The notes: generated by a model from the sequence alone, not told the origin. A DNA stretch of 24,000 nucleotides from Limnothrix sp. RL_2_0 (GCA_012033055.1 JAAUPR010000007.1:42493-66492), one strand, 5' to 3'; positions 1-9,770 are shown, counted from the stretch's first letter. Numbers and translations are program-made.

Positions 1-857
1 GCCCCATACAACGCACTAATCGCTGCCCAGATCGCTAACCACGGTGCAACCACACTCCAAGCTTCAGGGAATAGGCCAAGACCAAATCGCAAAAGGCCGT
101 AAGTGCCCAATTTTAACAAAACGCCTGCAAGAATTACGGAGACTGGGGTTGAGGCTTCCACGTGGGCATCGGGTAACCATGTGTGGAAGGGGAGAAACGG
201 AATTTTGATGCCAAAGCCCACCACAATGCCAGCGAGTAATAGCAATTGGGACGCCATGGGCAGGGAGGTATTTTGCAGGGCGGTGTAGGCAAAAGTGTTG
301 GCGCCGCTAAGGAAAGTGAGACCCAAAAATGAGGCTAGGAGCAGAATGCCGGAGACTGCGGTGTATAGCAAAAATTTGATCGCGGCATAACCTCGTCTTT
401 TGCCGCCCCAGATGGCAATGAGGAAGTACAGGGGGATAATTTCAATTTCGTAGAAGAGGAAAAAGAGCAGAACATCTTGGGCGAGGAATGCGCCGTTAAC
501 GCTGGCTTGGAGCAGTAAAAATAGGGCGAAGTAAAAGCGGGGACGGTGAATCTCTTTGCTACTAATCCAAATGGCGACCAGGGTTAGCAGGCCATTGAGT
601 ACCATCAGGGGCAAGGATAGGCCATCGATCGCAATGTCGTAGTTGAGACCGAGCCATTCTACCCAAGGGATATGTTCGGCAAATTGTAATCCGGCGATCG
701 CCACATCATAGTTAATAGCAATCCACAGACCCCAGCCAAACACACAAAAGGATGACACCAAAGCAATATTGCGCGGCGTTTGGCTATTTTCAGCCGGGGG
801 AATAACGGCAATGATTAATGCTCCGATCAAGGGTAGCCAGATTAAGGCACTCAGCAT
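1..857 (-). CDS. ndhD: NAD(P)H-quinone oxidoreductase chain 4 (NdhD3/D4-type, NDH-1MS CO2-uptake complex), C-terminus cut by window edge
   Basis: Reverse-strand translation from ATG at 857: MLSALIWLPLIGALIIAVIPPAENSQTPRNIAL...EWLGLNYDIAIDGLSLPLMVLNGLLTLVAIWISSKE...EIEIIPLYFLIAIWGGKRRGYAAIKFLLYTAVSG...; frame open to the window edge; directly follows ndhF on the same strand. Confidence 0.9.
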   Translation of the reverse strand, partial: MLSALIWLPLIGALIIAVIPPAENSQTPRNIALVSSFCVFGWGLWIAINYDVAIAGLQFAEHIPWVEWLGLNYDIAIDGLSLPLMVLNGLLTLVAIWISSKEIHRPRFYFALFLLLQASVNGAFLAQDVLLFFLFYEIEIIPLYFLIAIWGGKRRGYAAIKFLLYTAVSGILLLASFLGLTFLSGANTFAYTALQNTSLPMASQLLLLAGIVVGFGIKIPFLPFHTWLPDAHVEASTPVSVILAGVLLKLGTYGLLRFGLGLFPEAWSVVAPWLAIWAAISALYG

Positions 858-957
858 TCTTTTCTCCGAAATTGATAAAAGGAAATTAAAAAAAGAGTTA
901 AAAACAGGGTTTAAAAAAGTTTTGTAATTTGCTGTGATATTTTAATGCCCCAAGCAG

Positions 958-2859
958 TTAGGCAAGCTGTTTAGACCAAAACTCAAAAATCGTCGTCCAT
1001 TGCCCAGTAAACATAAACCAACCTAGGGCGAGACCAATGCCGATCACGATGGTCAAAATATAAAATTGCGATTGCCCAGAGACGTTATATTTTAGAGCGC
1101 TGCCCCCAAAGAGAGTGGCAAAACCAGTGAGGTTTACAAAGCCATCCACAACGTAGCGATCAATCCACGCCATCACTTTAGACAGTTGAGAAACCATCAA
1201 AACAACAGTGAAGTTATAGGCACGGTCAATGTAGAAATCGTAGGCTAGTAAGTCCTGTATAAATCTTAGGTAAAACTGGGTAGGACGGCTCATGGAACGA
1301 CTCAGGGGAATGAGTAAGCCCACAACGACACCTAAGGCTCCGGCAGTGATTAACATTGGCATCGCGAGGGTGACAATTAACGTCCGTGCAAGAAAGTCGT
1401 TGCCCGGAGACCAAGTCAAGAGCAGTTGCCAGCGTTGGAGTAGTAGGGGGACTAATAATGTCAAAATCGTGCCCGTCACCATGGGAAAGGCCATTAGCCA
1501 AATAACCTCTGGCGATCGCCTAGTTTTCTGCTGGGGTTTACCTAAGAACACAAGACGAAATAGCCGCGTCAAATTGATGCTAGTAAAGAAATTGACCCCC
1601 ACGAGGAGTACCAGTAGCCAGATCGGCGTTTCCCAGAAACCATTCACCCAGCGACGCATTGTCCAAAATGTCCCAAAGGGAAACAAGCAAACCAGTCCCG
1701 CCGAACCCACAATAAATGCCGTGGTCGTTGCCGGCATCCGTGACCATAAACCACCCATTTCCGTAATGTTCTGACCGTGGGTATTGAGAATAATGCCGCC
1801 GATGCTCATGAATAAAACAGCCTTGGCGATCGCATGGGTTAGCAAAAGTAACAAAGCGATATCAATCTGATCCAGTCCCACCGCAATAAAAACCAAACCC
1901 ATATAAGCACTCGTCGAGTGAGACAGAGCACGCTTAATATCAATTTGTGCCAGCGCCACCAACGATGCCCCCACCGCCGTGATCGTGCCGATGATAATCA
2001 ATGCATCCGACGTGACCGGCGTAATCGTATACACAGGCTCCATCTTTAGCAGCACAAACGCACCCGCTGAAACCACAACTGTATTTCGGATAATCCCCGC
2101 CGGATTAGGCCCCTCCATCGCCTCATCTAGCCATAAATTCAACGGAAACTGCGCACATTTACCAACCGGCCCCGCAATGAGTGCCAAACCTAACAAACTG
2201 CATTCCCAAGGCGTTAGGGGAGGATTTGCCGCCCATGCTTCCAACTCACTAAAGGTCAGACCAGTGCCATAGCTCGATAGGGTAACAATCCCCATCAGGA
2301 GCAAAATATCACCCACCCGTTTCGTTAAAAATGCATCCCGTGCAGCAGTCACCACAAGGGGTTGAGCGTACCAAAAACCGACTAAAAGATAAGTTGAAAA
2401 AGTTAAAATTTCGAGTAAGCCATAACTCAGCAATAAGGAATCGCTGATAGCTAGACCAGATAATGCTGCTTCAAATAAACCCATCAGGCCATAAAAGCGG
2501 GCGATCGACCAGTCTTTTTCCATGTAGCCCAAGGCAAAAACTTGGGCGAGGAGACAAATCGCAGTAACTAGTTCCATGGCCCCCAAATTCACTGGGGAGA
2601 TTTCGATGACAAGGGATAGCTGGAGGTCTGCCACATGGAGCCACTCTAAGGAAAGTTGCTGCGGTGGACTATGCCATAGGTTCGTAAAAGCCCATGTTCC
2701 ATGGACAAAGCCAATGAATGTCATGAACAGGTTGATGTAGGCGGCTGGGCGAGGGCCGGTACGGCGAATAAGACCCACAGACCAAGGTAAGGTCAAGAAT
2801 GCTCCAATGATTCCGTAGACCGGCACTAGCCATAGGTTATGTAAAAAAAATTCACTCAT
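958..2859 (-). CDS. ndhF: NAD(P)H-quinone oxidoreductase chain 5 (NdhF3/F4-type, CO2-uptake NDH-1)
   Basis: 633 aa ORF, multi-TM; LIRRTGPRPAAYINL, GKCAQFPLNLWLDEAMEGPNPAGIIRNTVVVSAGAFVLLKMEPVY, DIKRALSHSTSAYMGLVF. F3/F4 versus respiratory F1 inferred from the EGPNPAxIxRN motif; F4 versus F3 not resolved. Confidence 0.9.
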   Translation of the reverse strand: MSEFFLHNLWLVPVYGIIGAFLTLPWSVGLIRRTGPRPAAYINLFMTFIGFVHGTWAFTNLWHSPPQQLSLEWLHVADLQLSLVIEISPVNLGAMELVTAICLLAQVFALGYMEKDWSIARFYGLMGLFEAALSGLAISDSLLLSYGLLEILTFSTYLLVGFWYAQPLVVTAARDAFLTKRVGDILLLMGIVTLSSYGTGLTFSELEAWAANPPLTPWECSLLGLALIAGPVGKCAQFPLNLWLDEAMEGPNPAGIIRNTVVVSAGAFVLLKMEPVYTITPVTSDALIIIGTITAVGASLVALAQIDIKRALSHSTSAYMGLVFIAVGLDQIDIALLLLLTHAIAKAVLFMSIGGIILNTHGQNITEMGGLWSRMPATTTAFIVGSAGLVCLFPFGTFWTMRRWVNGFWETPIWLLVLLVGVNFFTSINLTRLFRLVFLGKPQQKTRRSPEVIWLMAFPMVTGTILTLLVPLLLQRWQLLLTWSPGNDFLARTLIVTLAMPMLITAGALGVVVGLLIPLSRSMSRPTQFYLRFIQDLLAYDFYIDRAYNFTVVLMVSQLSKVMAWIDRYVVDGFVNLTGFATLFGGSALKYNVSGQSQFYILTIVIGIGLALGWFMFTGQWTTIFEFWSKQLA

Positions 2860-3259
2860 GGAGGGATTCTGGATGATTCACGATAGGAAGTTTTGTGCTG
2901 CTCGTAGTGCACAGGATGCTTAAGCAATTTTCTTATAGATGTTGTAAGAGAGTTTAATTGATTGCTTACCCATTACCCAAAGGTTTGGAATTTTTAGAAT
3001 TTACAGAAACCATTACTTTGTCAAATCTTGTACCAATGATGCTACGTCTCAGGATGGTGTCGTTACACTCGGTCTAAGTAAGGTGGTTTTCAATATTTTT
3101 CCCATTGCCTACAGAAATTGCTGGTGCTGTTGATTCGGGTTGGGGCGCTTTTTCTCTGGTGAATTGCTCGTCGGCTTGGGGTCTTGGCTCAAACAGTTTT
3201 TTATTTGTTGTTTCTCGTTTTTTTTGATTTAGATTCTAGGGCGATCGCCCCCAACAATT

Positions 3260-4963
3260 ATGCAACTCAAGAATCGACTACTGCCCCACATCACCTTTAA
3301 ATATTGGCGAGGGGATCTATTTGGTGGATTAACTGCGGCCATTGTGGCTCTACCATTGGCGCTAGCCTTCGGTGTTTCTTCTGGGGCGGGGGCGATCGCC
3401 GGTTTGTATGGTGCGGTCTGTACTGGATTTTTTGCTGCCTTGTTTGGGGGGACTCCTTCGCAAATTTCTGGCCCTACTGGCCCCATGACTGTAGTGATGG
3501 CTACTATCTTTACGGCGGTAGCGAGTAGTGATGATCCGGCAGCCGGGTTGGCGATCGCCTTCACCATAGTGATGCTGGGGGGGCTATTTCAAATCCTGAT
3601 GGGCTTCCTACAACTAGGCAAATACATTACCCTGATTCCCTACACCGTCATTTCCGGATTCATGTCCGGCATTGGCATCATCATCATCCTGCTCCAACTC
3701 GCCCCATTCCTCGGCCATAAAGGCGCAGCCGACGTTGTCAAAGCCGTCACCACAATGCCTTACTGGATTACCCATCCAGATCCCCTTGCCACAGGTTTAG
3801 GCATCATCACCCTAGTAATCGTATTTGCCGCCCCAGCCCGCCTGAACCGGATTATTCCATCCCCCCTCCTTGCGCTGATTATCTGCACCCTGATTTCCTT
3901 AGCCTTTCCCTCAGAAGGACTGGCTCGCATTGGTGAAATCCCTAAAGGTTTGCCCGAAATTCATCTACCCGTCCTCAACTTTTTACAGCTCAAAGATATC
4001 GTCAGCTACAGCGTTATTCTGGCGACCCTAGGGGCGATCGATTCCCTCCTCACTTCCCTCGTCGCAGACAATATCACCCGTACCCAACATGACTCCGACC
4101 AAGAGCTCATTGGCCAAGGTATCGGCAACATTATTTCCGGGTTTTGTGGAGGACTCCCCGGCGCTGGCGCAACCATGCGTACTGTGATTAATGTCCGTTC
4201 TGGTGGTGTTACGTCCCTCTCCGGTATGATTCATGCAGTTGTGCTACTGATCGTGGTCTTTTGGGCAGCTCCCCTCACTGCACCCATTCCCCACGCAGTA
4301 CTTGCAGGTATTCTCATAAAAGTTGGCATCGACATTATCGACTGGGGTTTCCTCAAACGTGCCCACCGCATCTCTTTAAAAGCTGCCGCATTGATGTATG
4401 GAGTTTTGTTTTTAACCGTCTTTGTGGACTTGATCACAGCGGTAGCCGTGGGCGTTTTTATCTCCAATATGCTGGCGATGAAAGGCTTAACGGATCTCCA
4501 AATCGAAAACTTAGAAAGCGTCACATCTGCCGAAGACACAACCTACTTAAGCCCAAGGGAAAAAGAATTACTGCGCCGAGCAGAAGGAAGTATTTTCTTG
4601 TTTCACCTCAGTGGGCCAATGAGTTTTGGTGCGGCTCGGGGGATTGCCCAGCGCATGGGCATTATCGAACAATACGAAGTATTGATTTTAGATTTGTTTG
4701 AAGTGCCCTATATGGGGGTTACTGCCGCCCTTGCCGTGGAAACGATGGTTCGTGAGGCGCACGCCCAGGGTAGAGAGATCTTTTTGGTGGGCGCTCCAGA
4801 GCAAGTGCAAAAGCGTTTGGCCGCCTTTGAAATTTTGAAATTCCTCCAACCTCAAAATCGGGTTACGAATCGTCTTGAGGCTCTAGAACAGGCGATCGCC
4901 TTCATCGAAGAACACCAAAACCATCCCTCCATATCCCAAGCAACTCCTTCCCTGAGAGAATAA
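3260..4963 (+). CDS. bicA: SulP-family transporter with C-terminal STAS domain, probable low-affinity Na+-dependent bicarbonate transporter BicA
   Basis: 567 aa; GDLFGGLTAAIVALPLALAFGVSSGAGAIAGLYGAV, FGGTPSQISGPTGPMTVV, TVISGFMSGIGIIIILLQLAPFLG, VGIDIIDWGFLKRAH, STAS-like tail; next to ndhF/ndhD and carboxysome genes. Confidence 0.88.
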   Translation: MQLKNRLLPHITFKYWRGDLFGGLTAAIVALPLALAFGVSSGAGAIAGLYGAVCTGFFAALFGGTPSQISGPTGPMTVVMATIFTAVASSDDPAAGLAIAFTIVMLGGLFQILMGFLQLGKYITLIPYTVISGFMSGIGIIIILLQLAPFLGHKGAADVVKAVTTMPYWITHPDPLATGLGIITLVIVFAAPARLNRIIPSPLLALIICTLISLAFPSEGLARIGEIPKGLPEIHLPVLNFLQLKDIVSYSVILATLGAIDSLLTSLVADNITRTQHDSDQELIGQGIGNIISGFCGGLPGAGATMRTVINVRSGGVTSLSGMIHAVVLLIVVFWAAPLTAPIPHAVLAGILIKVGIDIIDWGFLKRAHRISLKAAALMYGVLFLTVFVDLITAVAVGVFISNMLAMKGLTDLQIENLESVTSAEDTTYLSPREKELLRRAEGSIFLFHLSGPMSFGAARGIAQRMGIIEQYEVLILDLFEVPYMGVTAALAVETMVREAHAQGREIFLVGAPEQVQKRLAAFEILKFLQPQNRVTNRLEALEQAIAFIEEHQNHPSISQATPSLRE

Positions 4964-5340
4964 CTAAAAGAGACTCCTAGAATTTTCTGTAGCGACACTA
5001 TACAAAATCAAACACTAAATCCATCAAGAAGCATCAGCTCTCCTTAAGACGCATATTACGAATTATCATTGCAGTTTATGTTGTCAAAGGTGCCATAGTT
5101 GCTTATGCTCTTTCATAGCTTGCAGACAAAAGAGTGGACTCGTAAGAAGTTTAAACCCATTGCTTCCCACGAAATATTCTGAGAAGAAGTCATTTATTCG
5201 ACTTTCTGAAATGTAAAGTAAGTATCGTTCTTGTCACGGCTTCATGACATAAGTCTGGACGTTTGACAAGTACGAAAAATTTAAGACTTTAGTTCTTTAC
5301 CCTTTAAGATTTTAAGCTTGATAAGCGAGGATATAAGTAC

Positions 5341-5652
5341 ATGCCTATTGCAGTTGGAATGATCGAAACTCGTGGCTTCCCTGCTGTTGTGGAAGCTGCT
5401 GACGCCATGGTGAAAGCCGCTCGTGTCACCCTAGTTGGTTATGAAAAAATCGGTAGCGGCCGCGTAACAGTAATCGTTCGTGGTGATGTCTCCGAAGTTC
5501 AGGCTTCCGTTTCCGCCGGAGTTGAGAATGCGAACCGGGTTAACGGTGGCGAAGTTCTCTCCACCCACATTATTGCTCGTCCTCACGAAAACCTTGAATA
5601 CGTTCTCCCCATTCGCTACACCGAAGAAGTAGAGCAGTTCAGAACCTATTAA
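5341..5652 (+). CDS. ccmK2: Carboxysome shell hexamer protein CcmK2 (BMC-H)
   Basis: 103 aa [57 protein letters not shown]...; first gene of the ccm cluster. Confidence 0.95.
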   Translation: MPIAVGMIETRGFPAVVEAADAMVKAARVTLVGYEKIGSGRVTVIVRGDVSEVQASVSAGVENANRVNGGEVLSTHIIARPHENLEYVLPIRYTEEVEQFRTY

Positions 5653-5746
5653 ATCTTTCAGAGTAGCTAAATATTGGGCGTCTTGAGCTGCGTTCCTTTA
5701 GCTACTCCCATAATCGTATTTTTATAAATAAGAGGAGCAATTCTTT

Positions 5747-6085
5747 ATGTCTATTGCAGTTGGAATGGTAGAGACTCTCGGTTTCCCCGCAGTGGTAGAA
5801 GCCGCTGATGCTATGGTGAAAGCCGCTCGCGTGACCCTAGTTGGTTACGAGAAAATTGGTAGCGGTCGCGTCACTGTTATCGTTCGTGGTGATGTTTCTG
5901 AAGTCCAAGCTTCCGTAAGCGCTGGTACTGACAATGTGAGTCGTGTTAATGGTGGGCAAGTACTTTCCACTCATATCATTGCTCGCCCCCATGAGAACCT
6001 TGAGTATGTTCTCCCCATCCGCTACACCGAGGCTGTAGAGCAGTTCCGTGAAAGCGTTAATCCCCAACCTCTGAGAAGAGTCTAA
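5747..6085 (+). CDS. ccmK1: Carboxysome shell hexamer protein CcmK1 (BMC-H)
   Basis: 112 aa paralogue of the preceding gene, almost identical core, longer C-terminal tail [11 protein letters not shown]. Confidence 0.95.
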
Positions 6086-6122
6086 TCATCTAACTTTTTA
6101 TTTGTTTGAGTTATAAATTTTC

Positions 6123-6431
6123 ATGCAAATTGCCAAAGTTCGTGGCACTGTTGTCAGCACTTACAAAGCCGAAAGCCTCCGGGGAATCAAGTTTTTATTG
6201 GTCCAGTTTATGGATGAAGAAGGACAGCCTCTCCCCAAGTATGAAGTGGCCGGTGATGTAGTAGGTGCTGGCATCAACGAGTGGGTTCTCGTGAGTCGTG
6301 GCAGTGCTGCGCGTAAGGAATCAGGGATGGAAACCCGTCCTTTAGATGCAATGGTTGTGGGGATTATTGACACAGTAAATGTGGAAAATCGATCTCTCTA
6401 TAGCAAGAAAGATGCTGACCGTCTTGGTTAG
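6123..6431 (+). CDS. ccmL: Carboxysome shell vertex protein CcmL (BMC-P pentamer)
   Basis: 102 aa MQIAKVRGTVVSTYKAESLRGIKFLLVQFMDEEG...DAMVVGIIDTVNVENRSLYSKKD. Confidence 0.95.
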   Translation: MQIAKVRGTVVSTYKAESLRGIKFLLVQFMDEEGQPLPKYEVAGDVVGAGINEWVLVSRGSAARKESGMETRPLDAMVVGIIDTVNVENRSLYSKKDADRLG

Positions 6432-6545
6432 TGTTTTGGTTGTTAGCCGTTAATTGTCTTTTGTTCTTTTTTCTTGGCTTGTAGGGGAATTATGGATGGT
6501 TTAGCAAGGTGAGCATAACAGCATTGTGAGAGGAGGAATCGAGTC

Positions 6546-8513
6546 ATGGTAGTCCGCAGAAGAGCGGCGCCCCCTACCCCTTGGTCTAAGGATTTGGCAG
6601 AGCCGAAGATTGATGAGAGTGCTTATGTGCATTCTTTTTCTAACCTTATTGGTAATGTCACCGTTGGAAAGAATGTTCTTATTTCCCCGGGTACTTCGAT
6701 TAGAGCGGATGAAGGTACGCCTTTTTATATTGGGGCAGCGACAAATATCCAAGATGGTGTCGTTATCCATGGCTTAGAGCATGGTCGTGTCGTCGGTGGG
6801 GACGGGCAGAATTATTCTGTCTGGATTGGCGATCGCTCCTGTATCACCCATATGGCACTGGTTCATGGACCGGCTTTTGTGGGAAATGACTGTTTTATCG
6901 GCTTTCGTTCGACTGTCTTCAATGCGAGGATCGGCGATGGTTGTATCGTCATGATGCATGCCTTAATTCAGGATGTCGAGATTCCTCCCGGCAAATATGT
7001 TCCTTCTGGGGCTGTGATCACGAACCAGCAGCAGGTGGAAAGACTCTCTAATGTGACTGAAGCGGACAAAGCTTTCGCAAAGCACGTTGTTGAGGTCAAT
7101 GAGGCACTCCTTGAGGGTTACCAATGTGCAAGTGATGATACTTGTATGTCGGCTCATCAAGAGCAGTTGGATGCCTCTCCAAGTAATAACGGTACTAGCG
7201 AAAATCAATCGGTGGGCAATATGAGTTTAAATGCGGATATTCTTAGCCAGTTGCGCGGGCTGACGGCTCAGGGCTGTACTTTCACAGCAGAGCATGCAAA
7301 TAAGCGTCGATTTAAAACGAAGTCTTGGTTAAGTGCGGGGTTTGTTGAAGGTCGTAGTGCTGATCAAATCATGGCAAATCTCAATGGCGTTCTAGCGGAA
7401 TGTCAGGGGGAGTATGTTCAGTTGATTGCGGTTGACCCGAACACGAAAAAACGTGCAGCTGAAATTATTGTGCAGCGTCCGGGCGACAGTGCGCCAACGG
7501 GTAGCCACACTTCTTTTGCGGCTTCTAGTGCGCTATCCACTTCTGGTGGTGGTGGTGCGATCGCCTCGTCTAACGGTGGTGATGTGGCCTCCCAAATTGC
7601 GGCATTAGCAAGTCAAGGTTGTACCTTTACAGCAGAACATGCGAATGCGCGTCGCTTTAAGACAAAGTCTTGGCTCAGTGCAGGTTTTGTGGAAGGTCGT
7701 ACTGTCGATCAAATTCTTGGCAATTTAAACTCTGTTTTGACGCAATGTGCTGGAGAATATGTCCAGTTAATTGCAGTGGATCCGAATACGAAGAGCCGAG
7801 CTGCCGAAATTATTGTGCAACGTCCCGGAGAACAGGTCGCGATTTCTCATAGTGGTGGTCATAACGGTCATGCTTCTAGATCTGCATCGGTAACTGTGCC
7901 TTCTGGTGATGTCACGACCCAAGTGAGTGGTTTGGTAGCCCAAGGTTGTACTTTTACGGCAGAACATGCGAGTGCTCGTCGTTTTAAAACGAAGTCTTGG
8001 TTGAGTGCTGGGTTTGTAGAGGGTCATGGTGCTAATCAAATCGTCGCTCAAGCTCAGGCGATCGCCGCCCAATTCCCCAAAGAATATGTCCAGCTCATTG
8101 CCGTTGATCCGAACAGCAAGCGTCGAGCCGCTGAAATTATTATCCAACGCCCCGGTGCCGCAACGCCTGTGCAAAGTTCTGGCAGCAGTGTTAGTTATGC
8201 CAGTTCCTCTAACAGCAACAGTGCTAGCAATGGATATTCCAGCAGCAGCAGTAGTTTGAGCAGTGAAGTCGTGTCCCAAGTGCGATCTCTTCTGATGCAA
8301 GGCTATAAAATTACGACAGAACACGCAGATAAGCGACGTTTTCGTACTAAATCTTGGAAAAGCTGCAGTCCCATTGAAAGCACTCAAGAAAGTGAAGTAT
8401 TGCGGCGTCTAGAAGCCTGTGCCCAAGACCATGCTGGTGAGTACGTACAAATGATTGGTATCGATACTGCGGCCAAGCGTCGTGTATTGGAAACGATTAT
8501 CCAACGTCCATAG
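6546..8513 (+). CDS. ccmM: Carboxysome assembly protein CcmM: gamma-carbonic-anhydrase-like domain plus four RbcS-like (SSLD) modules
   Basis: 655 aa; [40 protein letters not shown], Cys pair at residues 194/200, then four 81-residue RbcS-like repeats. Purine-rich gaggagg sequence upstream of the ATG. Confidence 0.96.
   Translation: MVVRRRAAPPTPWSKDLAEPKIDESAYVHSFSNLIGNVTVGKNVLISPGTSIRADEGTPFYIGAATNIQDGVVIHGLEHGRVVGGDGQNYSVWIGDRSCITHMALVHGPAFVGNDCFIGFRSTVFNARIGDGCIVMMHALIQDVEIPPGKYVPSGAVITNQQQVERLSNVTEADKAFAKHVVEVNEALLEGYQCASDDTCMSAHQEQLDASPSNNGTSENQSVGNMSLNADILSQLRGLTAQGCTFTAEHANKRRFKTKSWLSAGFVEGRSADQIMANLNGVLAECQGEYVQLIAVDPNTKKRAAEIIVQRPGDSAPTGSHTSFAASSALSTSGGGGAIASSNGGDVASQIAALASQGCTFTAEHANARRFKTKSWLSAGFVEGRTVDQILGNLNSVLTQCAGEYVQLIAVDPNTKSRAAEIIVQRPGEQVAISHSGGHNGHASRSASVTVPSGDVTTQVSGLVAQGCTFTAEHASARRFKTKSWLSAGFVEGHGANQIVAQAQAIAAQFPKEYVQLIAVDPNSKRRAAEIIIQRPGAATPVQSSGSSVSYASSSNSNSASNGYSSSSSSLSSEVVSQVRSLLMQGYKITTEHADKRRFRTKSWKSCSPIESTQESEVLRRLEACAQDHAGEYVQMIGIDTAAKRRVLETIIQRP
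7239..7481 (+). repeat. CcmM RbcS-like module 1
   Basis: [38 protein letters not shown]...[24 protein letters not shown]. Confidence 0.9.
7584..7826 (+). repeat. CcmM RbcS-like module 2
   Basis: [38 protein letters not shown]...[24 protein letters not shown]. Confidence 0.9.
7911..8153 (+). repeat. CcmM RbcS-like module 3
   Basis: [38 protein letters not shown]...[24 protein letters not shown]. Confidence 0.9.
8268..8510 (+). repeat. CcmM RbcS-like module 4 (divergent)
   Basis: [81 protein letters not shown]; same length, preceded by a Ser-rich linker. Confidence 0.88.
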
Positions 8514-8538
8514 CATAGATCTTAAAAGATCAAAAATT

Positions 8539-8559
8539 GGGGGTGAATCACTCGCCCCC
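8539..8559 (+). promoter_or_regulatory. Intercistronic stem-loop between ccmM and ccmN
   Basis: GGGGGTGA-ATCAC-TCGCCCCC: 8 bp stem with one G-T wobble and a 5 nt loop; a T-run lies about 15 nt downstream. Confidence 0.5.
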
Positions 8560-8626
8560 GAGATCTGCCCCTAGACTTTTTTACTCTCGCTAGTGTTTTT
8601 AATAAAATCACTTTCCCAGAAACCTT

Positions 8627-9324
8627 GTGACTTCTTCGGCTGCTTACCAACAGGATATTCAGATCAGTGGCGATGTCAGAATCGATCCCAGTGCTGTGAT
8701 TGCGCCCGGTGTCATTATTCAAGCTGCCCCTAATAATCATGTGGCGATCGCGCCGGTACCTGTATTGGGATGGGTTCTATCCTTCAGGCCGGTCGAGGCT
8801 CCATTAAAATCCAGCAGGGTGTAACTTTAGGCGCAGGAGTACTCATTATTGGTGCAGCAGAAATTGGCGAAAACACCTGCGTTGGATACGGCAGCACCAT
8901 CTTTCAAGCCTCTGTAATTGCAAGCCAAGTATTACCCCCCAATAGTTTGATCGGTGATAATTCCCGGAACCCAATCAACCAGACAACCCCATCTCCCCCT
9001 TCCACATCGCCAAAGCCAAAACCAACTCAGACCACCAATGACTTCGATCCATGGAACCCAGCACCATCACCACAAGCTCAAGTTCCAGTAACAGAATCTT
9101 CCCCACAACAATCACAGACAAAGAACTTAGAAAAAGAACCGAATTCTACACCAGAAATAATTCCAGACATCGCCATAAATCCCCCCAAAATATTCAAAAA
9201 AGAAGTAGACAATACCCCAAAAGTCCCTGTTGTTGGACAAGTTTATATCAATCAACTCCTGATGACTCTATTCCCCAACAATAATCAAATCAAACCAATA
9301 GACACTTCCCAAGAGACCGAATAA
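8627..9324 (+). CDS. ccmN: Carboxysome assembly protein CcmN, reading frame broken by an apparent 1-nt deletion near 8750
   Basis: ORF 8627-8824 gives ISGDVRIDPSAVIAPGVIIQAAPNNHVAIA; ORF 8770-9324 gives MGSILQAGRGSIKIQQGVTLGAGVLIIG... in another frame. Combined they read as a bacterial-hexapeptide CcmN with C-terminal peptide VYINQLLMTLFPNN. Confidence 0.85.
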
Positions 9325-9753
9325 CTGAGGCATAGTGAATCTTGCAAGTTGTTGAGATACCAATAAATAGTTGAAAGTATTTAAAGTGACTGTGTAGAAA
9401 CGTTTTCTTTAATTGCACTATATGAAGTTTTGAAAAATGGCTGAAAATCTTGTGAGACATAGGCTGTCATAGCTTACTTGTGCCAAACAGCTCAGTATTT
9501 CAGAAGACTAACTATAGATTGGGTTAGCCTTTATTTTTTTGCATTTGTAACCATGAAATCATCAAATCAGCCAGCATTAGAAATGCTAATCAGGTTCAAA
9601 ATCAAAAGCAATCTTTTTTTAGATAGAAAGTATAAAAATAAGTCTTGCATGTGATACCATAAGCCACAGATTAAATAAAGTCATATGACTTGTATCTTCA
9701 AGAATTATAAAAAGCGTTATTTGCCGATTATTTTTTTGAAGTTGAACGAAAAA

Positions 9754-9770
9754 AAATACCTTAGGTATTT
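9754..9770 (+). promoter_or_regulatory. Perfect inverted repeat in rbcL leader/promoter region
   Basis: AAATACC-TTA-GGTATTT ending 40 nt before the rbcL ATG. Confidence 0.35.

Noticed and set aside
2860-3259. Specific NdhR/CcmR operator
   Set aside because: No convincing TCAATG-N10-ATCAAT-like site was visible by eye, so none is annotated.
5341-6085. ccmK2/ccmK1 near-identity as an assembly duplication
   Set aside because: The copies have distinct N- and C-termini, synonymous differences and a normal spacer; the pair is standard for beta-carboxysome loci.
7767-8387. 206-aa minus-strand ORF inside ccmM
   Set aside because: It mirrors the repeated RbcS-like modules on the opposite strand; no independent start context or family resemblance.
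8736-8769. Programmed -1 ribosomal frameshifting to make CcmN
   Set aside because: Rereading base 8752 would give a sensible protein, but there is no X XXY YYZ slippery heptamer. Two similar breaks elsewhere make a missing base the simpler explanation.
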